Source: an uncultured Candidatus Saccharibacteria bacterium (lineage in GTDB: Bacteria; Patescibacteriota; Minisyncoccia; Phycocordibacterales; UBA12088). Taken from it: a DNA stretch of 64,000 nt. Positions 48,232 through 58,263 of the stretch are shown here, in pieces (position 1 is the first letter of the stretch; the number at the start of each line of letters is the position of its first letter). The position numbers were made by a program, and so were the translations under genes. The stretch spans positions 168,227 through 232,226 of the forward strand of contig CAYPKR010000001.1 in NCBI GenBank assembly GCA_964411375.1, given 5' to 3'. The notes under the pieces are model-generated. The model saw nothing but the letters and a program-made list of their open reading frames with translations. It was not told where the DNA came from and did not search any database.

Positions 48232-48435
48232 CTAAGCTCTGTATTCCAGAATATCTCCTGGCTGGCATTCAAGCGTTTTACAAATTGCCTCGAGTGTCGA
48301 TAGGCGAATTGCTTTTGCCTTTCCATTTTTCAGAACAGAAATGTTAGCCATTGTGATACCAACTTTCTCGGCAAGTTCGGTGACACTCATTTTTCGTTTC
48401 GCCAACATGACGTCGATATTGATGATGATTGCCAT
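48232..48435 (-). CDS. XRE-family helix-turn-helix transcriptional regulator (Cro/C1-type)
   Basis: 67 aa. LAEKVGITMANISVLKNGK HTH. Confidence 0.75.
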   Translation of the reverse strand: MAIIINIDVMLAKRKMSVTELAEKVGITMANISVLKNGKAKAIRLSTLEAICKTLECQPGDILEYRA

Positions 48436-48445
48436 GGTTGTCTTT

Positions 48446-48922
48446 TTATACCGTTAAATCGTTCTCCGATTTTATATCCACGGCATTTCGGAGGATTTTC
48501 TCAAACATAGCCGCTGCTGTCGCAATAACAATTGAAACAAAGGAGATCATTATGCCGAGTGCGAACACGCCCGCCGCATCATCATCGCCATGGGTGAACA
48601 TGATGACTATCTCCTCAGTAATCACAAATCCAACAATAAGGAGAGCGCAATATTTGATCTTACGGAGTCCTTGTACCGCCTCAAGCGAGAAGACTTTGTT
48701 TCGTCCGACATACCCTAATACCTTGATTGCGTTATAGAGCGCTACAAAGAAGGGAATTGACCCCAAATACACGAGCCAAATGAATGGATCAATATAAACC
48801 GCAAAGAATGACTTATGTGCATTTACACCTTCGAGATGGGGTTCCCAAAGAAGTAATGCAAGTGCACCAAGGCCAATAAGTCCGATAATTACCTGCAAAA
48901 ATATAGTTGAGCCGCGTTTCAT
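48446..48922 (-). CDS. DUF2975-like membrane protein (the usual partner of small XRE regulators)
   Basis: 158 aa with four TM helices. It sits immediately upstream of the XRE gene, with 10 nt between them. The family assignment is by recall. Confidence 0.45.
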   Translation of the reverse strand: MKRGSTIFLQVIIGLIGLGALALLLWEPHLEGVNAHKSFFAVYIDPFIWLVYLGSIPFFVALYNAIKVLGYVGRNKVFSLEAVQGLRKIKYCALLIVGFVITEEIVIMFTHGDDDAAGVFALGIMISFVSIVIATAAAMFEKILRNAVDIKSENDLTV

Positions 48923-49015
48923 ATACGTTTTTATAATTAGCTATACTCGGAGCGTATACTAGGACTTATCGTTTGTCAATATATATTTATTGTTTCTCTA
49001 TTTTAGAGAGAAAAT

Positions 49016-49651
49016 CTAGTGGGCAACGGCAATCCCATAGACTCGTGCTGCCCCTGCCCTCAGAAGTGCTTTCTTTGCTTCCTGCATGGTGGCGCCCGTT
49101 GTAATGACATCATCAACTAAAATAATTGCTTTTCCGCGAACAGATTCTGGGGTTGGAACTCGAAAGGCATCTTTTAGGTTTTCAATACGTGCACCTCTTC
49201 CTTCGCGAGTCGTTTGGCTCGGCGTGTCTTTGGTCCGAAGCAGAGATAATTCAACCGAAGGAAAAGAATCTCCTTCGGCAAATGCGCGAGCAATGATTTC
49301 TGCTTGGTTGTATCCGCGCAGCTGCATTCGAGATGTAGAAAGGGGAATTGGTACGATCTGAACATTCTTTGAATGGAAGGAAATCATATCCGAAACGTCT
49401 TCAATAAGTGCACCGTGAAGAATCTGCCCGAATATTTTCCCAATCTCTTTTCTGTTTTTATACTTAAGCGCATGTACGGAAGCCCGCACGAGTGGATTCT
49501 GATAGGGAAGGACGACATACATATCACTTTCAACCTCTCTAAGTGAGATGAATGGAGCGAAATGTCGAAGCTCGAGATTATCAAGTGCAGTGTCCGTATC
49601 ATTCCGCGGAAATAAAATATCCAAAAATGAATGCCACAGACTTTTCCGCAT
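49016..49651 (-). CDS. comF: ComF-family (phosphoribosyltransferase-like) competence protein
   Basis: C-terminal PRTase motif ILVDDVITTGAT. Confidence 0.75.
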   Translation of the reverse strand: MRKSLWHSFLDILFPRNDTDTALDNLELRHFAPFISLREVESDMYVVLPYQNPLVRASVHALKYKNRKEIGKIFGQILHGALIEDVSDMISFHSKNVQIVPIPLSTSRMQLRGYNQAEIIARAFAEGDSFPSVELSLLRTKDTPSQTTREGRGARIENLKDAFRVPTPESVRGKAIILVDDVITTGATMQEAKKALLRAGAARVYGIAVAH

Positions 49652-49710
49652 CGTCTAGTAACTCTATCGCATTTTTAAATCTCTATGCGTGATATAATTC
49701 TCATAACCTC

Positions 49711-50892
49711 ATGGCGATCTTTGACGCGCTGAAAAAAATGATTCCGGCGCAAGCGCTTCCGAAGGGTAGCGGAAGTGTTCTTGGTATTGATATTGGATCT
49801 GCGTCGATAAAAGTCGTGCAACTACGACGTGAACATGGTGCCGCCGTACTTGAAACGTATGGCGAGCTTGCGCTTGGTCCATATGCAGGAATCGAAACAG
49901 GCAGAGCGACTCATTTAACTCCCGAAAAACTATCCGAAGCGCTCAAAAGTATAATGACGGAAGCAAACGTTACGACTAAAGCGTGCGGCGTTTCGATTCC
50001 ATTCTCATCGAGCTTGATTTCACTTATCGACATGCCGGGTCTCGATCCGTCCCAACTGTCGAAAATGATACCGATCGAAGCACGTAAATATATTCCTGTT
50101 CCAATAACTGAAGTTCAGCTTGATTGGTTCATCCTTCCGGAAGATGAATCACATTATGTTTCTGCAGAGGAATCGGCAGAAGGAGAGGCTCGCGTGCAGG
50201 CAGGTTTGCCGCGTGCCGCAGATGCTGCGCCCGCGAATCATTCCCGCATCCTTTTGGTCGCTATTCACAATGAAGTACTCACGAGATATACCGATGTGTT
50301 GAAAAATGTGCAATTGAAGCCCAGTTTCTATGAAATTGAGATTTTTTCAACGATACGAGCGACTCTGGATCGAGGAATTGCGCCAGTTGCTATCGTGGAT
50401 ATCGGCGCCGCAGTAACCAAACTCTATATTGTTGAATACGGTATTGTGCGCATTTCCCATGTTATTAATCGTGGCGGACAAGATATTACGATTGCACTTT
50501 CAAAATCGCTTGGGATTTCAGTCGCAAAGGCGGAAGAGTTGAAACGCCAGGTGGGACTCCTCGGAGAAACTATGGAAGGGGACAATAAGCGAATTTCAGA
50601 GACCGCACTCCTTGCGATGGAATATATTTTTGCCGAAACGAAACGTGCCATTTTGAGTTATGAAAAGAAATATGCACGAAATCTCTCGAAAATAGTGCTG
50701 ACTGGCGGAGGCGCACTGCTCCAAGGTGCTCTTCCGTTTGCACAAAAACGGCTTGAAGTTGATGTTGTGCTTGGAGATCCGTTTGATAAGCTTCAAGCGC
50801 CGGCATTTTTGGAGGATGTGTTGAAGGCAGTGGGACCAGATTTTACGGTTGCAGTCGGTCTCGCGCTTCGAAAACTGCAGGAACAGGGATAA
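49711..50892 (+). CDS. pilM: type IV pilus assembly protein PilM (actin-like ATPase)
   Basis: GIDIGSASIKVV... PilM family N-terminus. 393 aa. Confidence 0.8.
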   Translation: MAIFDALKKMIPAQALPKGSGSVLGIDIGSASIKVVQLRREHGAAVLETYGELALGPYAGIETGRATHLTPEKLSEALKSIMTEANVTTKACGVSIPFSSSLISLIDMPGLDPSQLSKMIPIEARKYIPVPITEVQLDWFILPEDESHYVSAEESAEGEARVQAGLPRAADAAPANHSRILLVAIHNEVLTRYTDVLKNVQLKPSFYEIEIFSTIRATLDRGIAPVAIVDIGAAVTKLYIVEYGIVRISHVINRGGQDITIALSKSLGISVAKAEELKRQVGLLGETMEGDNKRISETALLAMEYIFAETKRAILSYEKKYARNLSKIVLTGGGALLQGALPFAQKRLEVDVVLGDPFDKLQAPAFLEDVLKAVGPDFTVAVGLALRKLQEQG

Positions 50893-50971
50893 TCGGGAAA
50901 GTACTACTTCACTATCAACATTTTTTCTTGCACGCATTGTGCGTAGCCAGTGATATACTGGATGTGCATCA

Positions 50972-51652
50972 TTGCCTTTTATGGAGCCAAAGTTCCAGAC
51001 ATCGTTCATTCCCAAACAGTCGCTATCCGCGGCGCCCGTTGCCAATGTGCGCCGATCAAATCGCACCAGTAGAGCATTTGGTATCGGTACCGTTATCTCC
51101 ATCGTTATATTTATTGTCGCAGTATCCGCTTCGGCAATCGTATTTCTCTACCAGCAGTACCTTTCTGCTTCTATAAAGAGTAATCAAGAATCGCTCTCAA
51201 GGGCGCGTGAAGCTTTTGAACCGGCACTGATTGTGCAATTGACGAGGCTTGATTCCAGGATTAATGCTGCGGAGGAGTTGTTGGCAAAGCATATTGCGCC
51301 GTCATCACTTTTCGCGTTAATACAGTCGATTACGCTTCAGAATGTCCAATTTACGCAATATATCTACACTGCTCCGACTGAAACCAGCTTGGTGCATATA
51401 GAACTTTTTGGAAAGGCAAAATCCTTCAAAACCTTGGCGCTCCAGTCTGATTTGGTTGGCACTAACTCAAACCTCAAAAATCCGGTCATATCGGAGGTTG
51501 CTCTTTCGGGAAATGGAGATGTTAATTTTAAATTTTCTGCCGATGTCGACGCTCGAATGATTAATTATGTTGAGCAACTCCAGTCGAGCGGCGTCAACGA
51601 AACACCAAATAACAACCCAGGGGGAGCAGTTAGTACCTCAACCGCAATATGA
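50972..51652 (+). CDS. pilN: PilN-like type IV pilus assembly protein
   Basis: A single N-terminal TM helix followed by a coiled-coil/periplasmic domain. Follows pilM. Confidence 0.55.
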   Translation: MPFMEPKFQTSFIPKQSLSAAPVANVRRSNRTSRAFGIGTVISIVIFIVAVSASAIVFLYQQYLSASIKSNQESLSRAREAFEPALIVQLTRLDSRINAAEELLAKHIAPSSLFALIQSITLQNVQFTQYIYTAPTETSLVHIELFGKAKSFKTLALQSDLVGTNSNLKNPVISEVALSGNGDVNFKFSADVDARMINYVEQLQSSGVNETPNNNPGGAVSTSTAI

Positions 51653-52203
51653 AGCAAGCATTCTTAGCAGCATTTTTCCTTCTCGTATCCGTCGGATTGT
51701 TTTTTGCGTATATCGATCCAACATACGGTACGGTAAAAACGATGCAGACTGAAAACGGCAAGCTCTCCGAAGCGCTTGATAAGTCACGTCAGCTCCAGGA
51801 AGTCCGCGATTCACTTCGTGCAAAGTACAATACGTTTTCACCGGATGATCTCGGAAAACTTGAAAAGTTATTGCCTGATCACATCGACAACATTCGTCTC
51901 ATCATCGATCTTGATGCGATCGCGAAACTCCATAATGTTGCAATTGAAGGATTTGCCTTTGATAGCAATGCGGGGAATATGCAAGCTGCCGGTGTACATG
52001 CCGATAGCGGAAATAGTTCAAAAGCAAATGAAGTCACATTTACTTTCAGTGTGCGTACAAACTATCTGACATTCCAAGCATTTATGAATGATTTGGAGCA
52101 GTCACTGCGCATCATCGACATCACACATCTCACCCTTGGAGCTGACGACGCCGATAAAACTAACAGGTATGATATAACCATTCGTACGTATTGGCTCAAC
52201 TAA
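51649..52203 (+). CDS. pilO: PilO-like type IV pilus assembly protein
   Basis: N-terminal TM helix, coiled coil, ferredoxin-like C-domain topology. Position between pilN and pilB. Confidence 0.5.
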   Translation: MKQAFLAAFFLLVSVGLFFAYIDPTYGTVKTMQTENGKLSEALDKSRQLQEVRDSLRAKYNTFSPDDLGKLEKLLPDHIDNIRLIIDLDAIAKLHNVAIEGFAFDSNAGNMQAAGVHADSGNSSKANEVTFTFSVRTNYLTFQAFMNDLEQSLRIIDITHLTLGADDADKTNRYDITIRTYWLN

Positions 52204-52204
52204 T

Positions 52205-52528
52205 ATGCAAGGAAGTTCCTCAACACGAAATATATTTCTCGGAATCCTTCTTGTCGGCGTACTTGGTGGTGGATATTATTTTTTCTCAAACAAATCCAGT
52301 TCCAATTTGAATTCCCTTGGAGCCGTTTCCGGTGCAGATGCAATCGCCGCAGGGGATGAACAGGCACTCATTGATCAACTCTTGAAACTCAAGTCCCTTC
52401 GTCTCGACGAAAAAATTTTTAGCGATCCTGCATTCACGTCCCTCAAAGACTTTAGTCAGACAATTCCTCCCGAGCCTGTCGGACGCGCCAATCCGTTTCT
52501 TCCGGTTGGTGTTGGACCATCAAGATAG
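52205..52528 (+). CDS. hypothetical membrane-anchored protein in the type IV pilus locus (PilP-like position)
   Basis: 107 aa with an N-terminal TM helix. Confidence 0.4.
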   Translation: MQGSSSTRNIFLGILLVGVLGGGYYFFSNKSSSNLNSLGAVSGADAIAAGDEQALIDQLLKLKSLRLDEKIFSDPAFTSLKDFSQTIPPEPVGRANPFLPVGVGPSR

Positions 52529-52556
52529 CGTCCTTCCTTTGTAACGAATATGTACA

Positions 52557-54374
52557 ATGAATCTTCTTTCACTGCTTGCACAACGCGGACTCATTCAGGA
52601 GAAGGAAATTCCTTCGATTGAAGAAGAGGCTGCAAAGAATGAATCCCTCGTCGAAACCGTGCTCTTAAAGCGCGGCATTTCGCTTGAGAGTATTTTGGAA
52701 GCGAAGGGAAAATATTTTGATATTCCAACAAAAATCCTGGGGAATACTGATATTCCGTTCGAAGTCTTGCACTATGTTCCAGAAGAATCAGCAACACACT
52801 ATCGCTTTGTTCCAATCGGTGTCGTCGATGGCGTACTTGAAGTCGGTATTACCGATCCGGACAACATTGAAGCGTTTGATGCACTCAATTTCATCGCCCA
52901 AAAAGAAAATATTCCTTTTAAAGTCTACTTAGTTACCGATACCGATTTCGCCCGGGTACTTGCAATGTACAAAGGGACAAAGGGTGAAGTGGGACGCGCG
53001 ATTTCAGAACTTGAAACCGATATTATTCCTGGCAAAAGTGACGAAGAGGAGGATCGAGAGAATACGCATCTCTCTGCGGATGAGATCAAAGAAGAGGCGC
53101 CAATCACCAAAATCGTTGCGACTATTCTTCGCGATGCGATCGAGGGACGCGCGTCCGACATTCATATCGAGCCAACGAATGAACACGTTCGCGTTCGTTT
53201 CCGTCTCGATGGCGTACTCCACACGTCGCTCACGCTTCCGCTCAACGTCCATCGTCCGGTTGTCGCGCGCATCAAGATCTTGGGCTCGATGAAGCTTGAT
53301 GAAAAACGCAAACCACAAGATGGTCGCTTCTCCGCAAATATTGAAGGTAGAAAAGTAGATTTTCGTGTTTCTACATTTCCGTCGAGTCACGGTGAAAAAG
53401 TGGTAATGCGTATTCTCGACCATGAAAAGGGGATGGTCACACTTGATTCGCTCGGTTTCAATGAAAAACAACGCGAAATATTTAAACGGGCAATAAATCT
53501 GCCGTATGGTCTTATTCTTCTCACTGGTCCAACCGGTTCCGGAAAATCAACCACTCTCTATGCTTTGATGGGCGAGCTCGATCGCGAAAAACATAATGTC
53601 ATCTCACTTGAAGATCCGGTTGAATACGACATGGATGGTGTCTCTCAATCTCAAATCCGTCCCGAAATCGGCTACACCTTCGCGTCAGGTCTTCGCTCCA
53701 TCCTTCGACAAGACCCCGATATCATCTTGGTTGGAGAGATTCGAGATAAGGAAACTGCGCAGCTCGCTATCCAAGCGGCGCTCACTGGTCACTTGGTCTT
53801 TTCAACGATTCACACGAATACCGCAGTCGGTGTCATTCCACGCCTCATCGACATGGGCGTCGATCCATACCTCATTGCGCCTACGTTGGTACTCGCAATC
53901 GGTCAGCGACTGGTGCGCCGTATCTGTCCGGGTTCTGGAAAGAAAATACCGGTGGAAGGATCGATCAAGATGCTTATTGAAAAAGAATTTTCTACGCTTC
54001 CGGAAAAATATCGAAAAGATATTCCATGGAGCGATCATATGCTCGGTATCCAACCATCAGGCGATTGTCCGGCAGGTGTTCGTGGACGTATTGGTGTTTT
54101 TGAATTTCTCGAAATGACGGAAGATCTTGAAGAATCGATTCTTAAAGGCACGAATGAAAACGCAATCTGGGATATTGCGAGGAAGCAAGGTATGTTGACT
54201 ATGCGAGAGGATGCTATCATTAAAGCGTTTAAGGGCGACATTCCATTTGAAGAAGTGAATGCGCTCGGAGGAACACTCTTGGATGAAGATGAAGTAGGGG
54301 CTACCCCTCAGGAAGTTGCTCCCCCAGAGGAACCAGACGAGAAGGAAAAGCCAAAAGCTATCGTCAGAAACTAA
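52557..54374 (+). CDS. pilB: type IV pilus assembly ATPase PilB (GspE family)
   Basis: N-terminal GSPII domain, Walker A LLTGPTGSGKSTT, Asp/His boxes, and a tetracysteine-like C-domain. Confidence 0.9.
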   Translation: MNLLSLLAQRGLIQEKEIPSIEEEAAKNESLVETVLLKRGISLESILEAKGKYFDIPTKILGNTDIPFEVLHYVPEESATHYRFVPIGVVDGVLEVGITDPDNIEAFDALNFIAQKENIPFKVYLVTDTDFARVLAMYKGTKGEVGRAISELETDIIPGKSDEEEDRENTHLSADEIKEEAPITKIVATILRDAIEGRASDIHIEPTNEHVRVRFRLDGVLHTSLTLPLNVHRPVVARIKILGSMKLDEKRKPQDGRFSANIEGRKVDFRVSTFPSSHGEKVVMRILDHEKGMVTLDSLGFNEKQREIFKRAINLPYGLILLTGPTGSGKSTTLYALMGELDREKHNVISLEDPVEYDMDGVSQSQIRPEIGYTFASGLRSILRQDPDIILVGEIRDKETAQLAIQAALTGHLVFSTIHTNTAVGVIPRLIDMGVDPYLIAPTLVLAIGQRLVRRICPGSGKKIPVEGSIKMLIEKEFSTLPEKYRKDIPWSDHMLGIQPSGDCPAGVRGRIGVFEFLEMTEDLEESILKGTNENAIWDIARKQGMLTMREDAIIKAFKGDIPFEEVNALGGTLLDEDEVGATPQEVAPPEEPDEKEKPKAIVRN

Positions 54375-54376
54375 TC

Positions 54377-54781
54377 ATGAACGAAAAAATGTCCAAACAG
54401 ATTCTGATTATTGATGATGACCAGTTTTTGGTCGACATGTACGCGCTCAAATTCAAGGAAGCAGGATTTGATGTAACCGTGTCGATGGATGGACATGAGG
54501 CGCTCGGCAAAATTCGCGAGAAAGCAATCGCGCCCGCAGTCGTTCTTATGGACATCGTCATGCCGGAATTGGATGGCTTTGCAATACTTGAGAGCATGCG
54601 AAAAGAAAATCTTTGCTCGGACGCAGTCATTATCATGCTCTCAAACCAAGGGCAGGATTCCGACAAAGAAAAAGCAGAAGCACTTGGAGTGGACGGGTAT
54701 ATCGTGAAAGCAAACTCCATTCCGTCTGAAGTACTTGCAGAAGTGACGAAAATTATTAAAGAAAAAGCAGCCGATAAATAA
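54377..54781 (+). CDS. CheY-like response-regulator receiver domain embedded between pilB and pilT
   Basis: ILIIDDD...VLMDIVMPELDG...K. 134 aa with no output domain. Confidence 0.8.
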   Translation: MNEKMSKQILIIDDDQFLVDMYALKFKEAGFDVTVSMDGHEALGKIREKAIAPAVVLMDIVMPELDGFAILESMRKENLCSDAVIIMLSNQGQDSDKEKAEALGVDGYIVKANSIPSEVLAEVTKIIKEKAADK

Positions 54782-54782
54782 T

Positions 54783-55865
54783 ATGGTTACCGCGCACGAA
54801 AAACGTGATTATAAAAAAGATCTCGATGATCTCATCCAGACCGTGATGGGGGAGGGTGGTTCTGACCTTCATTTCTCATCCGGATATCACCCAACTATTC
54901 GAGCGCTCGGCTCTCTTATTGCACTTCAAAAGCGTGAAGTTCTAACTCCATCCGATACTGAAGGATATTTAAAGGCGCTCATAACCGACGAGCAATATAA
55001 ACGTTTTGTCTCCGATAAAGAGCTCGATTTTTCGTATAGTCATTCCAATAAGGCACGTTTTCGTGGCAACGCCTCATTTGAACGCGGCGCAATTTCAATT
55101 GCACTCCGCTATATACCAAACACGATACGCACGATTGCAGAACTCAGACTTCCACCGATCATTGAAGAATTTGCCCAGAAAGAACAAGGTTTCGTGCTTG
55201 TCGTCGGTCCAGTTGGACAGGGAAAATCAACCACGCTTGCCGCAATGATCGATTACATTAACACGGCGCGCACTGAGCGCATCGTGACGATTGAAGATCC
55301 AATCGAATATATTTTTGACCCGAAGCAGTCGGTCATCGATCAGCGCGAAGTCTTGATCGATACGAGCGATTTTCATACCGCGCTCCGCTCCGCATTCAGA
55401 CAAGACGTTAACGTCATCATGGTTGGCGAAATGCGCTCGCCAGAAACAATCTCAACCGCAGTCACTGCAGCAGAAACTGGACACCTTGTCCTCTCAACGC
55501 TTCACACCAACAATGCGGCGCAGACCATCGATCGTATCATCGACAGCTTTACGTCTTCTCAGCAAGATCAGATCCGCATACAGCTCGCGGGGAGTCTTGT
55601 CGGTATTTTCTCTCAGCGACTTATTCCAGGAATTGCTGGTGGGCTGGTACCTGCGTATGAAATTCTTCTCAACAATAAAGCGATTGCAAACCTGATCCGT
55701 GAGAAGCGCACGCATGAAATCAATACCGTTATTGAAACCGGTTCTCAAGAAGGAATGATCAGTATGAACCGATGTCTTGCTGAACTAGTTCGAAAAGGAG
55801 AAATTACTATCGAAAATGCATACCGATACTCACTTGACCCTGGAAACCTTGAACGCCTCATGTAA
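54783..55865 (+). CDS. pilT: twitching-motility ATPase PilT
   Basis: Walker A VVGPVGQGKSTT and the PilT-family AIRNLIRE-like motif (AIANLIRE). Confidence 0.9.
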   Translation: MVTAHEKRDYKKDLDDLIQTVMGEGGSDLHFSSGYHPTIRALGSLIALQKREVLTPSDTEGYLKALITDEQYKRFVSDKELDFSYSHSNKARFRGNASFERGAISIALRYIPNTIRTIAELRLPPIIEEFAQKEQGFVLVVGPVGQGKSTTLAAMIDYINTARTERIVTIEDPIEYIFDPKQSVIDQREVLIDTSDFHTALRSAFRQDVNVIMVGEMRSPETISTAVTAAETGHLVLSTLHTNNAAQTIDRIIDSFTSSQQDQIRIQLAGSLVGIFSQRLIPGIAGGLVPAYEILLNNKAIANLIREKRTHEINTVIETGSQEGMISMNRCLAELVRKGEITIENAYRYSLDPGNLERLM

Positions 55866-55874
55866 TCACTAACT

Positions 55875-57083
55875 ATGCTATTCAATTACGTTGCATTTGA
55901 TGCCTCAGGCACTGAAAAACAAGGAACGGTTGAAGCCATCAACCAGGATGTTGCGATTAGTTCGCTTCAACGCCGTGGGTTGGTTATTTCAGCCATTAGC
56001 TCTGCCGAAGGAAAAGGGAACATCCTTCAAAATATCCAGCTGTTCAATCATGTCTCGAACAAAGAAGTTGTTATTCTCTCACGTCAGATTGCAACACTCT
56101 TTGAGGCGCAAGTATCTGCGCTTCGCGTATTTAGACTTCTCGGTGGAGAAGTTGAAAATCCCACACTGCGTGATGTGTTGACCTCTGTTGCCGATGACCT
56201 TCAAGGAGGTTCGACTATTTCCGGCTCACTCCAAAAGCATCCGGACGTTTTCTCGCCGTTTTACAGCAACATGGTCAAGGCAGGTGAAGAAGCAGGAAAG
56301 CTCGATGAGACCTTTATGTTCCTTGCTGATTATATGGATCGAACCTATGAAGTGACGAGTAAGGCGCGAAATGCGCTCATTTATCCTGCATTCGTGATTC
56401 TGACTTTTGTTGCAGTTATGGTGCTTATGATGACCTTCGTCATTCCACGCCTCGGCTCAATCATTGAAGAATCTGGTCAGTCGGTGCCGCTATTTACCTC
56501 AGTCGTGCTCTCAATCAGCCACTTTTTTGTCGCATACAGTGCTTTCCTTTTTATCGGACTTGCGGTGCTCGCTGTCGCAATCTGGCGATATATATCAACG
56601 AGCGCAGGGAAGCTTGCCCTCGATCAATTGAAAATTTCAGTGCCGTATATTGGCGATTTGTTCAAAAAACTCTATCTCTCACGTATTTCGGACAACCTCT
56701 CTACTATGCTCGGAAGCGGTATTCCGATGGTTCGTGCGCTTGAAATCACCAGTACCGTTGTGGGTAATGTCATCTACGAGAATGCACTCTCCGAAATTAC
56801 GACGGCAGTTAAAAACGGTTCTGCGGTCTCTGAAGCTTTTGGCGCTCATACGGATATCATTCCCGGGCTTCTTATCCAGATGATGAAAGTGGGTGAAGAA
56901 ACGGGAGAACTCGGAAATATCCTTAATATGCTTGCCAAATTCTATCGTCGCGAAGTTACCAACGCAGTTGATACCCTTATCGGACTCATTGAACCAGCGA
57001 TGATCGTATTTCTCGGCGTTGGTGTCGGTATTCTCCTCACGTCGGTTCTTATTCCGATTTACAACATATCGGCAAACGCATAG
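55875..57083 (+). CDS. pilC: type IV pilus platform protein PilC (GspF family)
   Basis: Two GspF repeats with three TM helices. 402 aa. Confidence 0.88.
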   Translation: MLFNYVAFDASGTEKQGTVEAINQDVAISSLQRRGLVISAISSAEGKGNILQNIQLFNHVSNKEVVILSRQIATLFEAQVSALRVFRLLGGEVENPTLRDVLTSVADDLQGGSTISGSLQKHPDVFSPFYSNMVKAGEEAGKLDETFMFLADYMDRTYEVTSKARNALIYPAFVILTFVAVMVLMMTFVIPRLGSIIEESGQSVPLFTSVVLSISHFFVAYSAFLFIGLAVLAVAIWRYISTSAGKLALDQLKISVPYIGDLFKKLYLSRISDNLSTMLGSGIPMVRALEITSTVVGNVIYENALSEITTAVKNGSAVSEAFGAHTDIIPGLLIQMMKVGEETGELGNILNMLAKFYRREVTNAVDTLIGLIEPAMIVFLGVGVGILLTSVLIPIYNISANA

Positions 57084-57224
57084 CTCTGGATGGCAGGGTT
57101 ATCCACAGAGACGATAGCTACCCCCTAGGGAAGACCGCTATAATAATTCCTGTACCTCTTTACTCTAAAGATGGTCGGACAAAACATTACTAGGAATTTG
57201 CTCTATTAATAATATTTTTTCATC

Positions 57225-57734
57225 ATGAAGACTACTTCAAAGCGAGGTTTCACCCTTATCGAACTCCTCGTTGTTATCGCAATCATCGGCATTCTCTCGT
57301 CGGTGGTCTTGGCGTCTCTCAACAGCGCACGTGCAAAGGCTCGTGATGCGCAGAGACTTTCCGACCTTGAACAGATGGGACGCGTTATGGCGCTTGCAAC
57401 TGGTTCATCTGGTACTGCGCTTGCGGGTTGTACTGCGGCTCGTGCAAACGTAAATACCTGTACTGGTACGATAAACGGTGTTGATATGAGCCAGATCGCA
57501 AAGTTCCAGGATCCATCAGGAACAACAGCTTGTGGCGCAACCCCAACAGCGGTTTGTCAGTACGCAATCACGAAGGCAAGTGCTCCGGCTGCGGGGGGTG
57601 CTATGACTGATGACTACCAGATTACTTCATACCTCGAAGTTGGTAGCGGTCCATTCACTTCTGCTCGTCCAGTTTGTGTTATCGGAAATGCAACAACAAC
57701 CGGTAGCATCGCATCATCAACTGACTGCCGATAA
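57225..57734 (+). CDS. type IV pilin (class III signal peptide)
   Basis: KRGFTLIELLVVIAIIGIL prepilin N-terminus. Confidence 0.85.
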   Translation: MKTTSKRGFTLIELLVVIAIIGILSSVVLASLNSARAKARDAQRLSDLEQMGRVMALATGSSGTALAGCTAARANVNTCTGTINGVDMSQIAKFQDPSGTTACGATPTAVCQYAITKASAPAAGGAMTDDYQITSYLEVGSGPFTSARPVCVIGNATTTGSIASSTDCR

Positions 57735-57749
57735 TCGACCAATAATCGT

Positions 57750-58226
57750 ATGACAAAAGGGGCTCGTAGCGTAGGTCGCGGATTTACGCTCATCGAGCTC
57801 CTTATTGTTATTGTGATTATTGCAATTCTGACTTCGCTCACGATTTCTGCACTAGGCACTTCACGTTCAAAGGCGCGCGATTCAACGCGCGTTTCTGATA
57901 TTAAACGACTGCAACTCGTCTTAGAGCTCTACTACAATTCGGGGAATAATGCGTATCCAACTACACTCTCTAGTTTATCGCCAACCTACACGACCGATAT
58001 TCCAAGAGATCCAAAAACGAATGCCTCCTATGTCTATGTGCAAACCACATCTGGTACCGGATATCATCTAGGATCGACACTTGAGCTCTATAACACCGAT
58101 ATACTCCAGAACGACGCTGATGCAACCGATACCACGCCTGTGTTCAAAGGCTTTTCGACCGATTGTGGGAATACCACAGCAACGCTGAATACTGATGAGC
58201 GTTGTTACGATGTTATTTCCCAATAG
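57750..58226 (+). CDS. type IV pilin
   Basis: GRGFTLIELLIVIVIIAIL. Confidence 0.85.
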   Translation: MTKGARSVGRGFTLIELLIVIVIIAILTSLTISALGTSRSKARDSTRVSDIKRLQLVLELYYNSGNNAYPTTLSSLSPTYTTDIPRDPKTNASYVYVQTTSGTGYHLGSTLELYNTDILQNDADATDTTPVFKGFSTDCGNTTATLNTDERCYDVISQ

Positions 58227-58263
58227 TGTGTCACACTAGAGTTATTCTTGCCGTGTAAATATT

